Shown here one piece after another: positions 1-29,524 of a stretch of 64,000 bases of DNA (position 1 is the stretch's first letter; each line of letters begins with the position of its first letter). The DNA is from Macrostomum hystrix. Lineage: Eukaryota; Animalia; Platyhelminthes. Under the pieces are notes generated by a model, which saw only the letters and a list, made by a program, of their open reading frames with translations, did not search any database and was not told the DNA's origin. The stretch covers positions 9,672,001-9,736,000 of the forward strand of contig CATNEN010000001.1 of NCBI GenBank assembly GCA_950097015.1, given 5' to 3'. A program made the translations under genes and the position numbers.

Positions 1-100
1 CTGTGCCTTCGTTGGCGTAAACAGCATAACAAGACACCAAGCCTTCTCTCCGCGCCGCGGAATCGAGCTCAGGGACCTTGGTGCAAGAGACAAACTGTTT
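1..100 (-). mobile_element. SINE family 1 fragment (internally deleted)
   Basis: Matches 63782-63922 (caagccttctctccgcg..cgccgcggaatcgagctcagggaccttggtgc). Confidence 0.75.
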
Positions 101-888
101 AGTTAGTGTCTTCTGTAATCTGCTTTTGAAATCCAGGCAGGCAGAGGGACCACAGAGAGATTTCAGCGGAAAGCGATACATAATATGCTGTGGTATGGTT
201 TCTGTCAAACAAAAAAAACTGAAGAAGGTTTCTTTGACAAATTCCAGTCACCAGGCATGAATTTAGAACCGTGAGAATGAAAAATAAGTCTAGCTAAATG
301 TATCAGTACACAGAATTCTTCTTGGATACGGGAAACGAAGCTGACAAGTCACTCAAGCGGTTGGAAAACTGATTGCTAAAATGTGTCTCAGTTAAGTAGA
401 AGCTAAGCTAGTGAATTCACTCAATTTTAAAACGGGTGCCTGCACCAGCTGTACACAAACATTGGAAGAGCCAAGAAGTAGCTGCGGCTTTGCCGCTCCA
501 GCTGCTCATGGATATGAAACACGTCTCAGCGGATCTAGGCATCTCACCTAGATCTCACCTATATAGGCATATTTTATTTCTCACAAAATTTCATTATGAA
601 ATCAATTCGGCTATCATTGTTAATTATTTTGGATTGATGAAAATGATCGATCATTTTTTCATTTTTGCATCGTTGAATATCCCGACGGTGCTGAAGTCGG
701 ACGTCTTTGAAAGTGAGTTCATCGTAAAGGGCGGAAAACTTTGATCCACATGGTGTACTTTTACGAAGATCGGTCATTCGGTTTGGGGGGTATCGTGAAG
801 TAGGCAGCGGGCTTTCGAAATACCCTCGAGGTCTCTCCCCGGGGTGGAATAGCCTATTCTTTCTACTGTTAAGGGCACAAAGTCTTAC

Positions 889-19166
<18,278 letters not shown>

Positions 19167-19199
19167 TCTGTGCCGCTTCTATAAACCTGAAGAATAGAT

Positions 19200-21107
19200 G
19201 GTTTCCTTGTGAAATCGATCAACCCTAAAGCTTTAGATGTTTCTTCGAAATTCGATGACTTGAAGGATAGGTTCTAAGAAAATCTATGAACTGAAGCTCT
19301 GGAGGTTTCTTTGAAAATCTATAACCTGAAGGGTATATAGTTTCTAAGAAAAACGAGGGCCTAAATAATCAGTGGTTTCTCACAAAATTTATTACCTGTA
19401 GGATAGTTGTTTTCTAAGAAAGTCGACGGTTTGAAGATTTGAAGGTTTCCAAGAAAATCAATTGCCCTGAAGGTTCAAAGGTTTCTTAGAAAATCGACGG
19501 CCTGAAGATTCGGAGGTTTCTAAGAAAATCGATGGCCATGAATGTTCGGAGGTTTCTAAGAAAATCGATTGCCCAGAAGGTTCCAATGGTTTCTAAGAAA
19601 ATCGATTGCCCAGAAGGTTCCAATGGTTTCTAAGAAAATCGATTGCCCAGAAGGTTCCAATGGTTTCTAAGAAAATCGATTGCCCAGAAGGTTCCAATGG
19701 TTTCTAAGGAAATCGATTGCCCAGAAGGTTCCAATGGTTTCTAAGAAAATCTATTGCCCAGAAGGTTCCAATGGTTTCTAAAAAAATCGATGGCTCTGAA
19801 GGTTCGGAGGTTTCTAAAAAAATCGATGGCTCTGAAGATTCGGAGGTTTCTAAGAAAATCGATGGCTCTGGAGGTTCGGAGGTTTCTTATAAATTCTACG
19901 GCCTGATGATTCGAATGTTTCTAAGAAAATCTACCGCCTAAAGATTCGATGGTTTCTTAGAAAATCGATGGCCCTAAAGGATCGAAGGCTTCTAAGAAAG
20001 TCGACCGTGGAAGATTCGAAGGTTTCTAAGAAAGTCGACCGGCTGAAGATTCGAAGGTTTCTTAGAAAATCGACCGCCTGAAGATTCGAAGGTTTCTTAG
20101 AAAATCGATGGCCCTAAAGACTCGGAGGTTTCTAAGAAAATCGGTGGCTTTGAAGGTTCGGAGGTTTCTAAGAAAATCGATGGCTCTGAAGGTTCGGAGG
20201 TTTCTAAGAAAATGGATGGCTCTGAAGGTTCGGAGGTTTCTAAGAAAATGGATGGCTCTGAAGGTTCGGAGGTTTCTAAGAAAATCTATGGCCCTGAAGA
20301 TTCGAGGTTTCTAAGAAAATCAATGGCTCTGAATTTTCGATGGTTTCTTAAAAATTGGACGGCCTGCAGATTCGAAGGTTTCTAAGAAAATCGATGGCCC
20401 TGAATGTTCGGAGGTTTCTAAGAAAATCGATGGCCCTAAAGATTCGGAGGTTTCTAAGAAAATCGATGGCTCTGAAGGTTCGGAGGTTTTTAAGAAAATC
20501 GATGGCTCTGAAGGTTTGGAGGTTTCTAAGAAAATCGATGGCTCTGAAGGTTCGGAGGTGTCTTAGAAATTCTACGGCCTGATGATTCGAAGGTTTCTAA
20601 GAAAATCTACCGCCTAAAGAGTCGAAGGTTTCTTAGAAAATCGATGGCCTGAAGATTCGGAGGTTTCTAAGAAAATCGATGGCTCTGAAGGTTCGGAGGT
20701 TTCTAAGAAAATCGATGGCTCTGAAGGTTCGGAGATTTCTAAGAAAATCGATGGCTCTGAAGATTCGGAGGTTTCTAAGAAAATCGATGGCTCTGAAGGT
20801 TCGGAGATTTCTAAGAAAATCGATGGCTCTGAAGGTTCGGAGGTTTCTAAGAAAATCGATGGCTCTGAAGGTTCGGAGATTTCTAAGAAAATCGATGGCT
20901 CTGAAGTTTCGGAGGTTTCTAAGAAAATCGATGGCTCTGAAGGTTCGGAGATTTCTAAGAAAATCGATGGCTCTGAAGGTTCGGAGGTGTCTTAGAAATT
21001 CTACGGCCTGATGATTCGAAGGTTTCTAAGAAAATCTACCGCCTAAAGAGTCGAACGTTTCTTAGAAAATCGATGGCCTGAAGATTCGGAGGTTTCTAAG
21101 AAAATCG
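19200..21107. repeat. 36-bp minisatellite GGTTTCTAAGAAAATCGATGGCTCTGAAGGTTCGGA
   Basis: Tandem units, degenerate at the left edge. Confidence 0.94.
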
Positions 21108-21549
21108 TAAATATCCTAGGTATCCTAAGGCAAAGCTAAAAAGCATGCAAATGCAAAGACAGGATTCAAAGTACAAGCAGTTTATGTTCAAGGCACTAAA
21201 TAAAGCTGTCCTGGGCCAAATGGATCGCATAAATCTTCAGACAAGAAGAATTGCTTCGTTTTTTTCTCGTCTATAAATCTATGCAACCATATACCTTAGT
21301 AGTTCAGATCCTGAGACAGATTGGTGCTAAGTTAATCAATCAATTAATCGATTCGCGAATGGCTTGCTGTCAGAATAGAAATACTTCTAGTCTGTTTAAA
21401 TAGCTACTTACTGATTGTGAAGTGCATTTAGCGAATGTAGATTAGCTGGAATGTTACTTAGTATTTATACACGTATATGTTACAACTGCTAAGAATTTGC
21501 TTGTTTATTTGTTTTTTGTACATTTAAATTTCTTTTTTTTGGTAGTCGG

Positions 21550-22453
21550 AACCTCTAGATATTTATGAGGTGTGAATGTGAGTCTCTAGATATTTCTCTG
21601 CTTATCCAGTGGATTCTCTAGATATTTCTCAGCTTATCCTATGGATTCTCTAGATATTTATTCGCATATCCAGTGGAGTCTCTAGATATTTCTCAGCTTA
21701 TCCAATGGATTCTCTAGATATTTATTCGCTTATCCAGTGGAGTCTCTAGATATTTCTCTGCTTATCCAGTGGAGTCTCTAGATATTTCTCATCTTATCCA
21801 ATGGAGTCTCTAGATATTTCTCTGCTTATCCAATGGAGTCTCTAGATATTTCTCATCTTATCCAATGGAGTCTCTAGATATTTCTCTGCTTATCCAATGG
21901 AGTCTCTAGATATTTCTCATCTTATCCAATGGAGTCTCTAGATATTTCTCTGCTTATCCAATGGAGTCTCTAGATATTTCTCTGCTTATCCAGTGAAGTC
22001 TCTAGATATGTCCCCACTTATCCAGTGAAGTCTCTAGATATGTCCCCACTTATCCAGTGAAGTCTCTAGATATCTCTCTGCTTATACAGTGGAGTCTCTA
22101 GATATTTATCCTCTTATCCAATGGAGTCTCTAGATATTTCTCTGCTTATCCAGTGAAGTCTCTAGATATGTCCCCACTTATCCAGTGAAGTCTCTAGATA
22201 TGTCCCCACTTATCCAGTGAAGTCTCTAGATATCTCTCTGCTTATACAGTGGAGTCTCTAGATATTTATTCGCTTATCCAGTGGAGTCTCTAGATATTTA
22301 TCCTCTTATCCAATGGAGTCTCTAGATAATTCTCTGCTTATCCAATTGAGTCTCTAGATATTTCTCTGCTTATCCAATTGAGTCTCTAGATATTTCTCTG
22401 CTTATCCAATTGAGTCTCTAGATATTTCTCTGCTTATCCAATTGAGTCTCTAG
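21550..22453. repeat. 32-bp minisatellite TCTCTAGATATTTCTCTGCTTATCCAATGGAG
   Basis: Direct tandem units. Confidence 0.95.
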
Positions 22454-22495
22454 AAATTTACAATTGTTTACTTTGCAAGGTAAATATTTAAGATG

Positions 22496-22790
22496 ACTTA
22501 CCAAAAATGTTTTGCCTTGTTATGACCGATATTATGGACAAACTTTTGTTCAATGAATTGGAAAATGTTACAAATGATATTTGAGCACATTAAGACAGCT
22601 CACTAAATAGTAAGCCAATCTCACAGTCGCTTTGTTCTTATAGTATCTTAACACCAACCGAATACAAACATAAATAGTAAGAAAATTGGCATCACTCCAT
22701 TTGCCACTCGCTACCCTAACCTTCGCGATCAAGTTTACAGCTTCAGCCTCATTGGCCGGTCAAAGCATCCCGGTCGCAGCCAATCAAAAT
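22496..22790 (-). promoter_or_regulatory. Putative APCDD1 promoter and 5' non-coding exon
   Basis: Four CCAAT/ATTGG boxes (about 22615, 22685, 22751, 22780). Consensus donor G|gtaagt at 22501 could splice to the acceptor ttcttcag at 19187, 20 nt before the ATG. Confidence 0.4.
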
Positions 22791-22974
22791 TCGTCTAATA
22801 ATTTAGAAACGATACTTTCTACTGTTAGTAGAATTGTTGATATATTAACAGAGAATCGGCGATTTTTTGTTTATTAAAATCACAAAATGTAGGTCGATTA
22901 AATATTTTAACTTCAATGCCCAAAATGATATAATAATACCAATCCATAGAATCCATATATCCAATACATTCAAT

Positions 22975-24238
22975 ATATCCTAGAATTATCGATCCACAAG
23001 ATCATAGAATATCGATCCACTTTATTCTAGATTATCGATCCACAGTATCCTAGAATATCTTTCCATTTTATCCTAGAATATCGATCCACTTTATCCTAGA
23101 ATATCGATCCAAATTATTCTAGAATATCGATCCATTTCATTCTAGAATATCGATCCATTTTATCCTAGAATATCGATCCACAGTATCCTAGAATATCGAT
23201 CCATTTCATCCTATAATACCGATCCACTTTATTCTAGATTATCGATCCACAGTATCCTAGAATATCGATCCATTTTATCCTACAAAATCGATCCATTTCA
23301 TTCTAGAACATTGATACATTTTATTCTAAAATATCGATCCATTTCATTCTAGAATATTGATCCATTTTATTCTACAATATCGATCCATTTCATTCTAGAA
23401 CATTGATCCATTTTATTCTACAATATCGATCCAGATTATTCTAGAATATCGATCCATTTTATTCTAGAATATCGATACATTTCATTCTAGAATACCGATC
23501 CATTTTATCCTAGAATATCGATCCATTTTATCCTACAATATCGATCCATTTTATTCTAGAATATCGATCCATTTCATTCTACAATATCGATCCATTTCAT
23601 TCTAGAACATTGATCCATTTTATTCTACAATATTGATCCATTTTATTCTAGAATATCAATCCATTTCATTCTAGAATATCGATCCATTTCATTCTAGAAT
23701 ATTTATCCATTTCATTCTACAATATCGATCCAGATTATTCTAGAATATCGATTCATTTTATTCTAGAATATCGATACATTTCATTCTAGAATACCGATCC
23801 ATTTTATCCTAGAATATCGATCCATTTTATCCTACAATATCGATCCATTTTATTCTAGAATATCGATCCATTTCATTCTAGAATATCGATCCATTTTATT
23901 CTACAATATCGATCCATTTCATTCTAGAATATCGATCCATTTCATTCTAGAATATCGATCCATTTTATTCTAGAATATCGATACATTTCATTCTAGAATA
24001 CCGATCCATTTTATCCTAGAACATCGATCCATTTTATCCTACAATATCGATCCATTTTATTCTAGAATATCGATCCATTTCATTCTACAATATCGATCCA
24101 TTTCATTCTAGAACATTGATCCATTTTATTCTACAATATCGATCCATTTTATTCTAGAATATCGATCCATTTCATTCTACAATATCGATCCATTTCATTC
24201 TAGAACATTGATCCACTTTATCCTAGAATATCGATCCA
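22975..24238. repeat. 23-bp minisatellite ATATCGATCCATTTTATTCTAGA (3' flank of JmjC copy A)
   Basis: Direct tandem units. Confidence 0.95.
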
Positions 24239-24566
24239 TGATCATTAAATATTGACACTTTCGACCTTAAGTAATTAGATAAAAGTTCATGGACAAAATC
24301 ATGTGTCAAAAATGTAATTACAGTGACAGTTCAAATAATTTTTGTAACCTATATATTTTACTTAAAATTTCGTAATATGTGTTCAGTTTTGATAAAAAAA
24401 TTCAATCAGCGATAAATATTTTCGAGTTAAAAAAGAAACACACTTTTGTGAAGTCAACAACAACTAGAAGTTACTAGATGAATGATGTAATTTTTCATTA
24501 GAACATATTTTAATTCGCATAGTCCGGCAAGACTCCGTTACTAAGAAAGTAAAAATGTTTTTGTCC

Positions 24567-27500
24567 CTAATCGTAATCCGAGCCGATGGCGATACTGAAG
24601 TCTCCGGGATACACGGTTACACGGTGGTACCACCGGTTGGCGCCGATGTTGACTGAAATTGTATGGCTTTGAATTCAACTGTTGCTTATAGATGAAAAAA
24701 CTACGAGTAATTATAGTGACAATACCCTGTCTACCTCAGAATCTCACCTGTCTACTACAGTATCTCACCTGTCTACTACAGTATCTCACCTGTCTACTAC
24801 AGTATCTCACCTGTCTACTTCAGTATCTCACCTGTCTACCTCAGTATCTCACCTGTCTACTACAGTATCTCACCTGTCTACTACAGTATCTCACCTGTCT
24901 ACTACAGTATCTCACCTGTCCACTTCAGTATCTCACCTGTCGACTTCAGTATCTCACCTGTCTACTTCAGTATCTCCCCTTTCTATAGCAGTATCTCACC
25001 TGTCTACTACAGTATCTCACCTGTCTACTTCAGTATCTCACCTGTCTACTTCAGTATCTCACCTGTCTACTACAGTATCTCACCTGTCTACTACAGTATC
25101 TCACCTGTCTTCTACAGTATCTCACCTGTATATTACAGTATCTCACCTGTCTACTTCAGTATCTCACCTGTCTACTTCAGTATCTCACCTTTCTACTACT
25201 AATCTCACCTTTTTATGACAGTATCTCACCTCTCTACTTCAGTATCTCACCTTTATATGACAGTATCTCACCTCTCTACTTCAGTATCTCTCATGTCTAC
25301 TCAAATTTCTCATTTGTACACCTATTGTTCCATCTGTACATCCCACTGTCTCGCCTGTCTACCGCCACTCTCCTACCAATCTTTCACCGGTGTAGAATGT
25401 CAATTAAACGCAGCAATATCCCACGCTACTCACCAATATCGCCAGGATGCACGGTGACATTGAACGAATGACAGACGCTCATGCACTCGGGCGACGGCAC
25501 AACCTCCCAGATTTTTCGACCCTTGATCTGGGCCTGCCACGAAGGACGGCTGACGTAATCAATCTGCGATGGTGTAAACGATTGTCGAGGGTAATACACT
25601 AGATTGAACAGTTAAGACACTAGCAGGTAAGCAGGTAAGATATCACATTGAACAGGCAAAACACCACATTCAACAGGTAAGACACTAGATCAAACAATTA
25701 AGACACTAGATCGAACAGATAAGACACCACATTCAGCAGGTAAAAAATCACATTCAGCAGGTAAGAAATCACATTGAACAGGTAAGACACATCATCTTAC
25801 AGGTAAGACACCACATTGAACAGGTAAGACACCACATTGAACAGGTAAGACACCACATTGAACAGGTAAGACACCACATTGAACAGGTAAGACACCACAT
25901 TGAACAGGTAAGACACCACATTGAACATGTAAGACACCACATTGAACATGTAAGACACCACATTGAACAGGTAAGACACCACATTGAACAGGTAAAACAC
26001 CACGTCGAACTCACATGCAGCTGAGCGCCCTTCCTCGAGATGCCCATAAACATCCAATCGATGCGGCTCGACTCGGCATCCTGCGGCAGGAAGGTGGGCC
26101 TGCTGTAGTACTCCCGCAGCTGCTGGCCGATGTCATCGTCCGCGTTGCTCCAGCCGAAGTACCAGTCTCGCTGCTGTCGCTCCTCGCTGATGTGCAGGGC
26201 CTCGCGCAGGCTGCCGAATTCAGTTGTGTCGGCATAGAACTTCCCGGCTTCATCCTGGGTCTTGTAGGACTCCGGCTTGGAGTCGTACAGATTCTTGAAG
26301 AATTCAAGACTGAAGTTCTGCAGTGCTTTCCAGTCTTTGATCACACTTTTAATTAGCACCGGCCGAGCTGTGTAGGCGTACCTGGCCAAGAGATCCGGAG
26401 TTCGATTCTTAGCCCAAGAAAAAAGTCATAAGTCCGAGGCTCTAACCACCAGGCTACAACCTCTTTTTAACATCCAATTGTGCAATGGGAGATTTTTCCA
26501 TAATTTTGAAATTTTAGTTGGTTCTTGCGAGTTTGCGCAGTAGCTGTGACTGTGTTTCAGGTGTGAATTTTATCTATATGTTAAGAAAAGTTAGTAGACT
26601 AGACAGGTTAGATTTTTAGAGTCAAAAAAGTACTGAGGTAGATAAAAAGTGTCGGTAGATTAATCGAGAAGTTTATTATGGGCCGAGCAGTACGCAGGTA
26701 CATATAGATAGCAGTAGTAGCTATTAGCAATTTAGCTCGTATTGATTATTAAGGGGTTGTAGCCTAGCGTTAGAGCGTCGGACTCACGACTCGAAGGTCG
26801 GGGGTTCGATTTCCGTATTAATTGAAACAATAAGTGTAATTTAGCAAAAAACATAACTCTGCATTGCTTCAGTTCAGCCAGCTGTTAAATGGGTACCAGC
26901 ATTAGCTGGGGTAATTGAGGGTGGGTGTGGCGACCTCCCAGTTCATGGACTGAACAGCCGTACGCAGTCATCAGATGCGTTGCGGCTGTGCTGTCGGCTG
27001 CACATTTGGCCCGGTCATGGCATGTGTAATTAATTATTATCATTATCAATTATTAGATTACTACTAGCAACCAAGATATCCTTTGGGGGAAGAAAATCAC
27101 GCTTTGGGGGGCCTGTTGTGCAACCTCCAAGGCACAGTGAGAGTGTACACCGACTGACGATGAGAAAGTCAGGACAGATGTACACACCTGTGTGAGCGTA
27201 TGTCTGTGTACGGACGGTATCTGTGTGCGTGTGTACTCAGGAATCAGCGAAGTGGGCAGAATTGCCTCCTCGCTGGCTGCGGGTCTAGTGTCACCAAATA
27301 ATGTGCCATTGCCCGCAGCCCTCCTGCAATTATAATTGTTATTAATGTGTGGGCTCACTGCACAACCAAGTACATACTGGCTAGGCAGGCCTGAGCATAG
27401 ACTCACTTCTGTAGAAACAGCTCCCTAGTCATATTGTGCTCAACCGGCATTTCGCGCATGTCGCGGCACATTTCGCAATTCACAGGCGCCCTGGACATCT

Positions 27501-27924
27501 CCATGATGGCGTCCTCGGCTGACAGGATGCACCGCTGATTCACCGTCTCCGAGACGAAGTCCATCACGTTGAAATAGTCGTTACGATGGCCGTGGATCAG
27601 CAAGCAGACGGTGAAGAATGCCAGCAGACTCCAGAAGGAAATCACGTCGAGGCCCAGCATGCTGCGCCAGTTGAAATAGCTCGCCGATTTCTTAGCCTTA
27701 GTCGGCGTCTTTGAGTCGACGCCGGATTTAACGGATTTCAGGCGAGCCTCGGAGCGGGCCAGCTGCACTTTGAGCAGAGCGTAGCGAGCCAACTCTTCGG
27801 CAGTGTGCTCACTGGACTCAGGATCAGCCGAGCCGGACTTGGCGCCGGCATCCCGCACCGCTGCCACCAGATCGTCCAGAAACTTCTGCCTGCGATCTGT
27901 ATCGCTGCCCGCATCCGTTGACAT
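24567..27924 (-). CDS. JmjC/cupin-fold 2-oxoglutarate/Fe(II) oxygenase-like protein with N-terminal TM segment, copy A (366 aa). Exons 27924-27407, 26381-26015, 25563-25434, 24652-24567
   Basis: Canonical gtgagt donors and cag acceptors in phase, 1101 nt in total. Motifs YAYTARPVLI..W, WYFGWSN, DWMFMG..GAQLHID (HxD), SWQAQIKGRKIW, PGD..NRWYH (distal His). TM segment LGLDVISFWSLLAFFTVCLLI. Confidence 0.85.
24725..25300. repeat. 21-bp minisatellite CAGTATCTCACCTGTCTACTA (copy A intron 3)
   Basis: Direct tandem units. Confidence 0.95.
25600..26005. repeat. 21-bp minisatellite GACACCACATTGAACAGGTAA (copy A intron 2)
   Basis: Direct tandem units. Confidence 0.93.
26752..27050 (+). mobile_element. 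SINE family 2, full length, in JmjC copy A intron 1
   Basis: Head ggggttgtagcctagcgttagagcgtcggactcacgactcgaaggtcgggggttcgat, shared body, AT-rich tail. Confidence 0.82.
27110..27343 (+). mobile_element. SINE family 1, 5'-truncated, present only in JmjC copy A intron 1
   Basis: High similarity to 1545-1765. Confidence 0.8.
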
Positions 27925-28184
27925 TGTCGCTTCTTTGTTACAATTTCGTGGAAAAGCTCCAAAGAAACTCAGTTTTACTAGCAACACAAACAGGTAAGGC
28001 CTGTTTAAATATACTACCTCACAATGACTGAGCTCGACTGGGTGGGGTATGTAAGTAAAAGATTTCATTGCTTTGATGGCTGAGAACCATCATGAAAACT
28101 GATGGCTGGGGGGGTCCACCCCAACATCACTAACGCGCGCGTTTGTTCGTGCAGGCCGAGAGAGACAACAATGAATATAGACAT

Positions 28185-28483
28185 TGTTACTTAATTGCAG
28201 GGGGGCCTGGGGCACTTGACGCACAAGCGCAGGAACGGCATGCCCCCAGGCCGGCGAACTAGGCGGGAGTCGCCCATCGCGCCATCTAGACCCCTGGAAA
28301 CAGGCACCTCACACACAGCAGCAAGCCAAGCGGGGAAGGGGGCGGCAGCCGGAGTGCCTCTCAACCCAGGCCCGCACAAGCACAAAGCTGACCAAACCAG
28401 GGGATGACTTAGATGCCTGAAGGGTAGGGACGAGAGGACCAAGCCAAGCGCGCAGACGGCTGATGAAACGGGGTCGTTTCACA
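28185..28483. mobile_element. GC-rich solo-LTR-like insert at the junction of the tandem duplication
   Basis: TGT..ACA termini and a sharp GC rise; absent from the matching position upstream of copy B; no TSD. Confidence 0.35.
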
Positions 28484-28499
28484 AACCCTATAGGAACCC

Positions 28500-29207
28500 T
28501 ATAGAATATCTATCCATTTTATCCTAGAATATCGATCCATTTTTATCCTACAATATCGATCCATTTTATTCAAGAATATCGATCCATTTCATTCTAGAAT
28601 ATTTATCCATTTCATTCTACAATATCGATCCATTTTATCCTAGAATAACGATCCATTTCATTCTAGAATATCGATGCATTTTATCCTAGAATACCGATCC
28701 ATTTTATCCTACATTATCGATCCATTTTATCCTACATTATCGATCCATTTTATCCTAAAATATCGATCCATTTTATTCTAGAATATCGATCCATTTCATT
28801 CTAGAATATTGATCCATTTTATTCTACAATATCGATCCATTTCATTCTAGAACATTGATCCATTTTATTCTACAATATCGATCCATTTTATTCTAGAATA
28901 TCAATCCATTTCATTCTAGAATATCGATCCATTTTATTCTAGAATATCGATCCATTTCATTCTAGAATATTGATCCATTTTATTCTACAATATCGATCCA
29001 TTTCATTCTAGAACATTGATCCATTTTATTCTACAATATCGATCTATTTTATTCTAGAATATCAACCCATTTCATTCTAGAATATCGATCCATTTCATTC
29101 CAGAACATTGATCCATTTTATTCTACAATATCGATCCATTTTATTCTAGAATATCGATCCATTTTATTGTAGAATATCGATCCACTTTATCCTAGAATAT
29201 CGATCCA
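28500..29207. repeat. 23-bp minisatellite (3' flank of JmjC copy B)
   Basis: Same unit as 22975-24238. Confidence 0.95.
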
Positions 29208-29524
29208 TGATCATTAAATATTGACACTTTCGACCTTAAGTAATTAGATAAAAGTTCATGGACAAAATCATGTGTCAAAAATGTAATTACAGTGACAGTT
29301 CAAATAATTTTTGTAACCTATATATTTTACTTAAAATTTCGTAATATGTGTTCAGTTTTGATAAAAAAATTCAATGAGCGATAAATATTTTCGATTTAAA
29401 AAAGAAACACACTTTTGTGAAGTCAATAACAACTAGATGAATGATTTAATTTGTCATTAGAACATATTTTAATTCGCATAGTCCGGCGAGACTCCGTTAC
29501 TAAGAAAGTAAAATGTTTTTGTCC

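Noticed and set aside
574-888. C-terminal part of ORF 574-1278 as coding
   Set aside because: APCDD1 similarity stops at a good donor (AAT|gtaaga, 888); the rest is most likely intronic read-through.
19200-24238. CRISPR-like arrays (23-36-bp partly palindromic units)
   Set aside because: Units are head-to-tail with no unique spacers; no cas genes; eukaryotic context.
26752-26815. tRNA gene
   Set aside because: No complete acceptor stem; continues into a repeated SINE body.
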